64,000 nucleotides of DNA, taken from Tubiluchus corallicola (taxonomy: Eukaryota > Animalia > Priapulida). Both the position numbers and the translations under genes were made by a program. The stretch spans positions 19,291 to 83,290 of the forward strand of contig JAQGDQ010000889.1 in assembly GCA_030141605.1 (NCBI GenBank), written 5' to 3'. The notes under the pieces were generated by a model. The model did not search any database, was not told the origin of the DNA, and saw only the letters and a program-made list of their open reading frames with translations. The number at the start of each line of letters is the position of its first letter. Within the stretch, counting starts at the first letter, position 1. Positions 56,870 through 64,000 of this stretch are shown here, in pieces.

Positions 56870-57625
56870 GATGGGTAGGTAAGTAGGTAGATGGTGTGAT
56901 TAAATAAATAAATAGTTAGGTAGACAGATAGGTAGAGGTGGTGCGTAGGCATGTTGGTAGGTAAGTAGATAACTTAACTAGATCGTTTGGTAGGTAGGTA
57001 AGTAGTTACTAGTAAAGTAGATAAGTAGGTAGCTAGGCAGGTAGGTAGGAAGGTATGTAGGTACGTAGGTAGGTAAGTGGGTGGGTAGGTAGGTAGGTAG
57101 GTAGGTAGGTAGGTAGGTAGGTAGGTACGTAGGTAGGTAAGTGGGTAGGTAGGTAGGTAGGTAGGTAGGTAGGTAGGTAAGTGGGTAGGTATGTAGGTAG
57201 GTGGGTAGGTAGGCAGGTAGGTAGGTAGGTAGGTAGGTAGGTAGGTAGGTAGGTAGGTATGTAGGTGGGTAGGTAGGTAGGTAAGTGGGTAGGTAGGTAG
57301 GTAGGTAGGCAGGTAGGTAGGTAGGTAGGTAGGTAGGTAGGTAGGTAAGTGGGTGGGTAGGTAGGTAGGTAGGTAGGTAGGTAGGTAGGTAAGTGGGTAG
57401 GTAGGTAGGTAGGTAGGTAGGTAGGTAGGTAGGTAGGTAGGCAGGTAGGTAGGTATGTATGTAGGTAGGCAGGTAGGTAGGTAGGTAGGTAGGTAGGTAG
57501 GTAGGTATGTAGGTAGGTAGGTGCGTAAGTAGTTAGTTAGGTAGGTAGGTACGTAGGTAGATAGATAGGTAAGTAGGTAGATAGGTAGGTAGCTAGCTAG
57601 GTAGGTATGTAAGTAACTAGGTAGG
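56870..57625. repeat. (GGTA)n microsatellite
   Basis: Direct reading. Confidence 0.95.
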
Positions 57626-58392
57626 AAAATCGGTTGGTGAAACAACCGTAAAAGAATCAAGATAAAGGTTAAAAGAAAAGCTACCAAATAATATACCTCC
57701 ATATTTCAAGAGATTTGGCGTCCATTATTGAACTTTTCCCACATTAAAGAAGCAACCTCTAGTGGGTTGCGAAATATGTTGTTTTGTCAGTAAAATAAAA
57801 TAACTTTTTTCACTAAATTTAAGAATTTACAACATAGAATAAAATAGATTATATCAACTTTTTCTAATGATTTCCCTGTTTCTCTTGCTCAACGCAAAAC
57901 AAACAGATACAAAAACAAATATGTGATTTAGGGACTCCCTTAAAATTCAGTTTGCTGATGTGGCCTTATAAAGGCTCGATTTTTATAAGTGTTTGTGGTG
58001 CGTTAGAACTCTGGGCTTTCGTAAGTACTGAATGAAAAGGCGTCCATTTCTTCCCAGAGTGTACAATTCCCAAATAAATTCTGATAAAATTCTAATGAAC
58101 AAATTCAGTAACGTACATAACACGCCACGCATGCGCACACAGGGCTTCATAGTCTACATGGAAACTGTGTTTTTTTGTTTAATAAACGCGGTAGAAGTCG
58201 TAAATTAGACGAAAACGCATGAAGTTGGGCAAAAATATTTCATTATTAAAACAATAATTCTTAATTGTTTAACATGCATGATTTAACATTAATAGTGGTA
58301 CGATGAAGTCTTCTCCACAAATAGCCATCGTTCAGGAAAACAATTACAGCTTCCCGCCCGCTCACTCTCTTTGAAACTCACTTTTCTGAGCT

Positions 58393-62595
<4,203 letters not shown>

Positions 62596-63914
62596 GATGC
62601 CCTCTATAGGAAGAAAAATTATGTCAACAGCGATGATCTGCATCTTTCATTAATAGGTTGGGTAACTAATGTAACCACGGTCAAAATACAGAGTCTTGTC
62701 TTACATTCAAACTGATGCGTTTTGTTAAAAGAAAGAAAATAAAATCTTGGGGACGATGAAGAGGCAGATCGTTTCTAGAAACAAAATTATTATACCTCTT
62801 CTAGAATGGAGTAATCCCCACCTAAAAGGGACTATGTGTGTACACATTGTACAGTCTAGTGCTGTGGGTTTACCTACCAATGGTTAATAAACTCGTAAAC
62901 CCACTAGAAGGTAGTACGGTACAGGTGTTTTTAGGTTACCCACTCAAAGCTTGTTTGAGTCGTTGAGTGTTTCACTTGATCAATGTTTCCTTCATAAAAT
63001 TGGACATTTTTAAGCGTTGATGTTTGTTCGTGCATTGTTCTTACCATTGAGTTTGATATTTTTTCATATAGTTGTTGAACTAGTTATTAGTTTACTCTTA
63101 TGAACTAATGAATTAGTTATCAGTACACTATGAGTATATACTTGACTAGCGCCAACTTTGGTTGTTGGGGTTCAACTTGCTTAGAGTTGCAAAGTAGCTT
63201 CGGAATCCCCATTATCAGAAAGATGCATTATATTGTTTATGGAAGGTGTGTAAAGGTGTGCTAAAAGACTAATATTTGGTTGTAAAAACCTCACATATTT
63301 AGAAAAATTAATCTAATGCTTGTATTAAGAAGACACCACGAGATCTTATCGAGGGAAGTTTATAAATACTGACCATAGAAAAGATTTTGCCTGAAAATTT
63401 CTTTAACTTCATTGTTGATTCTAAAATCAGAGTATATAGTTTAAAACTTTTTAAAGCACAAGAAAACACTCTACTTACATAAAGCTATAAAAACTCCTCT
63501 TGAAATTTTATACCATTTCATTTACGTACTGTCTTTTTGCATACAGGGCTTGCGTCGTTAGTAATTAGAGTTCATACTTGACTATCACCAACTTTGGTTG
63601 TTGGGGTTCAACTTGCTTAGAGTTGCAAAGTGACACTGGCATGAGAGGCATGTTCTACATTGGTCAAAATATTCTGGACCCGTCCTGGAGTTTGTGTTTG
63701 GAGCCTAGCGTAAACGCTTTTGTAGCAAGCAGAACCAGGTCCTGGCGGTAGCTATATGGTGACTGTGGCTTGGACACAAGAAAAACCTACTTGCACTAAG
63801 CTTAGAAAATTGGTCTTGAAATTTTATACCACTTACATACGGCCTTTTTGTATACAGGGCTTGCGTCGGCAGCAATGCTGTATAATACTTGTAAATTTAA
63901 GCTGCCCCGCGAAA

Positions 63915-64000
63915 ACCATTAGACGCAGCCGTTTTGACGATAAGTCATTTGAAACAAGTTTAGATAACACTGAATAAAGTTTGAAAATAATCAGAGCATT
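63915..64000 (+). repeat. Dispersed repeat also found at about 14023-14107
   Basis: ACCATTAGACGCAGCC...TCATTTGAAACAAGTT is shared. Confidence 0.75.

Noticed and set aside
63138-63870. Short local duplications (63138-63196 versus 63576-63631; 63495-63557 versus 63813-63868)
   Set aside because: Ordinary fragmentary duplication with no further structure visible before the window edge

Overview
AT-rich, intron-containing animal (invertebrate-like) genomic DNA; the species cannot be determined from the sequence. Six protein-coding genes can be spliced together by hand: a single-C2H2-finger protein (minus, 729-4128), an MS4A/CD20-like tetraspan protein (plus, 11707-12976), a five-exon RYBP/YAF2 gene (plus, 15944-35879), and a tandem cluster of three single-domain rhodanese (TSTD1/TSTD3-like) genes on the minus strand (40624-62595). 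The three rhodanese active-site loops differ: CRSGNR, CHSGDR and a Cys-less GATDDG. The rest is MITEs (hAT, pogo/Tc1, piggyBac-type), LINE 3' fragments, a 5S rRNA-headed insert, minisatellites and microsatellites. The best candidates for new biology are the rhodanese cluster (pseudoenzyme, possible CaaX tail, possible read-through splicing, X-box and DR1 motifs), an RS/RE-rich cassette exon inside RYBP, a 5S-rRNA-headed element carrying a duplicated ORF, and a 195-nt rod-like hairpin in an RYBP intron. All gene models are manual and lack transcript support.
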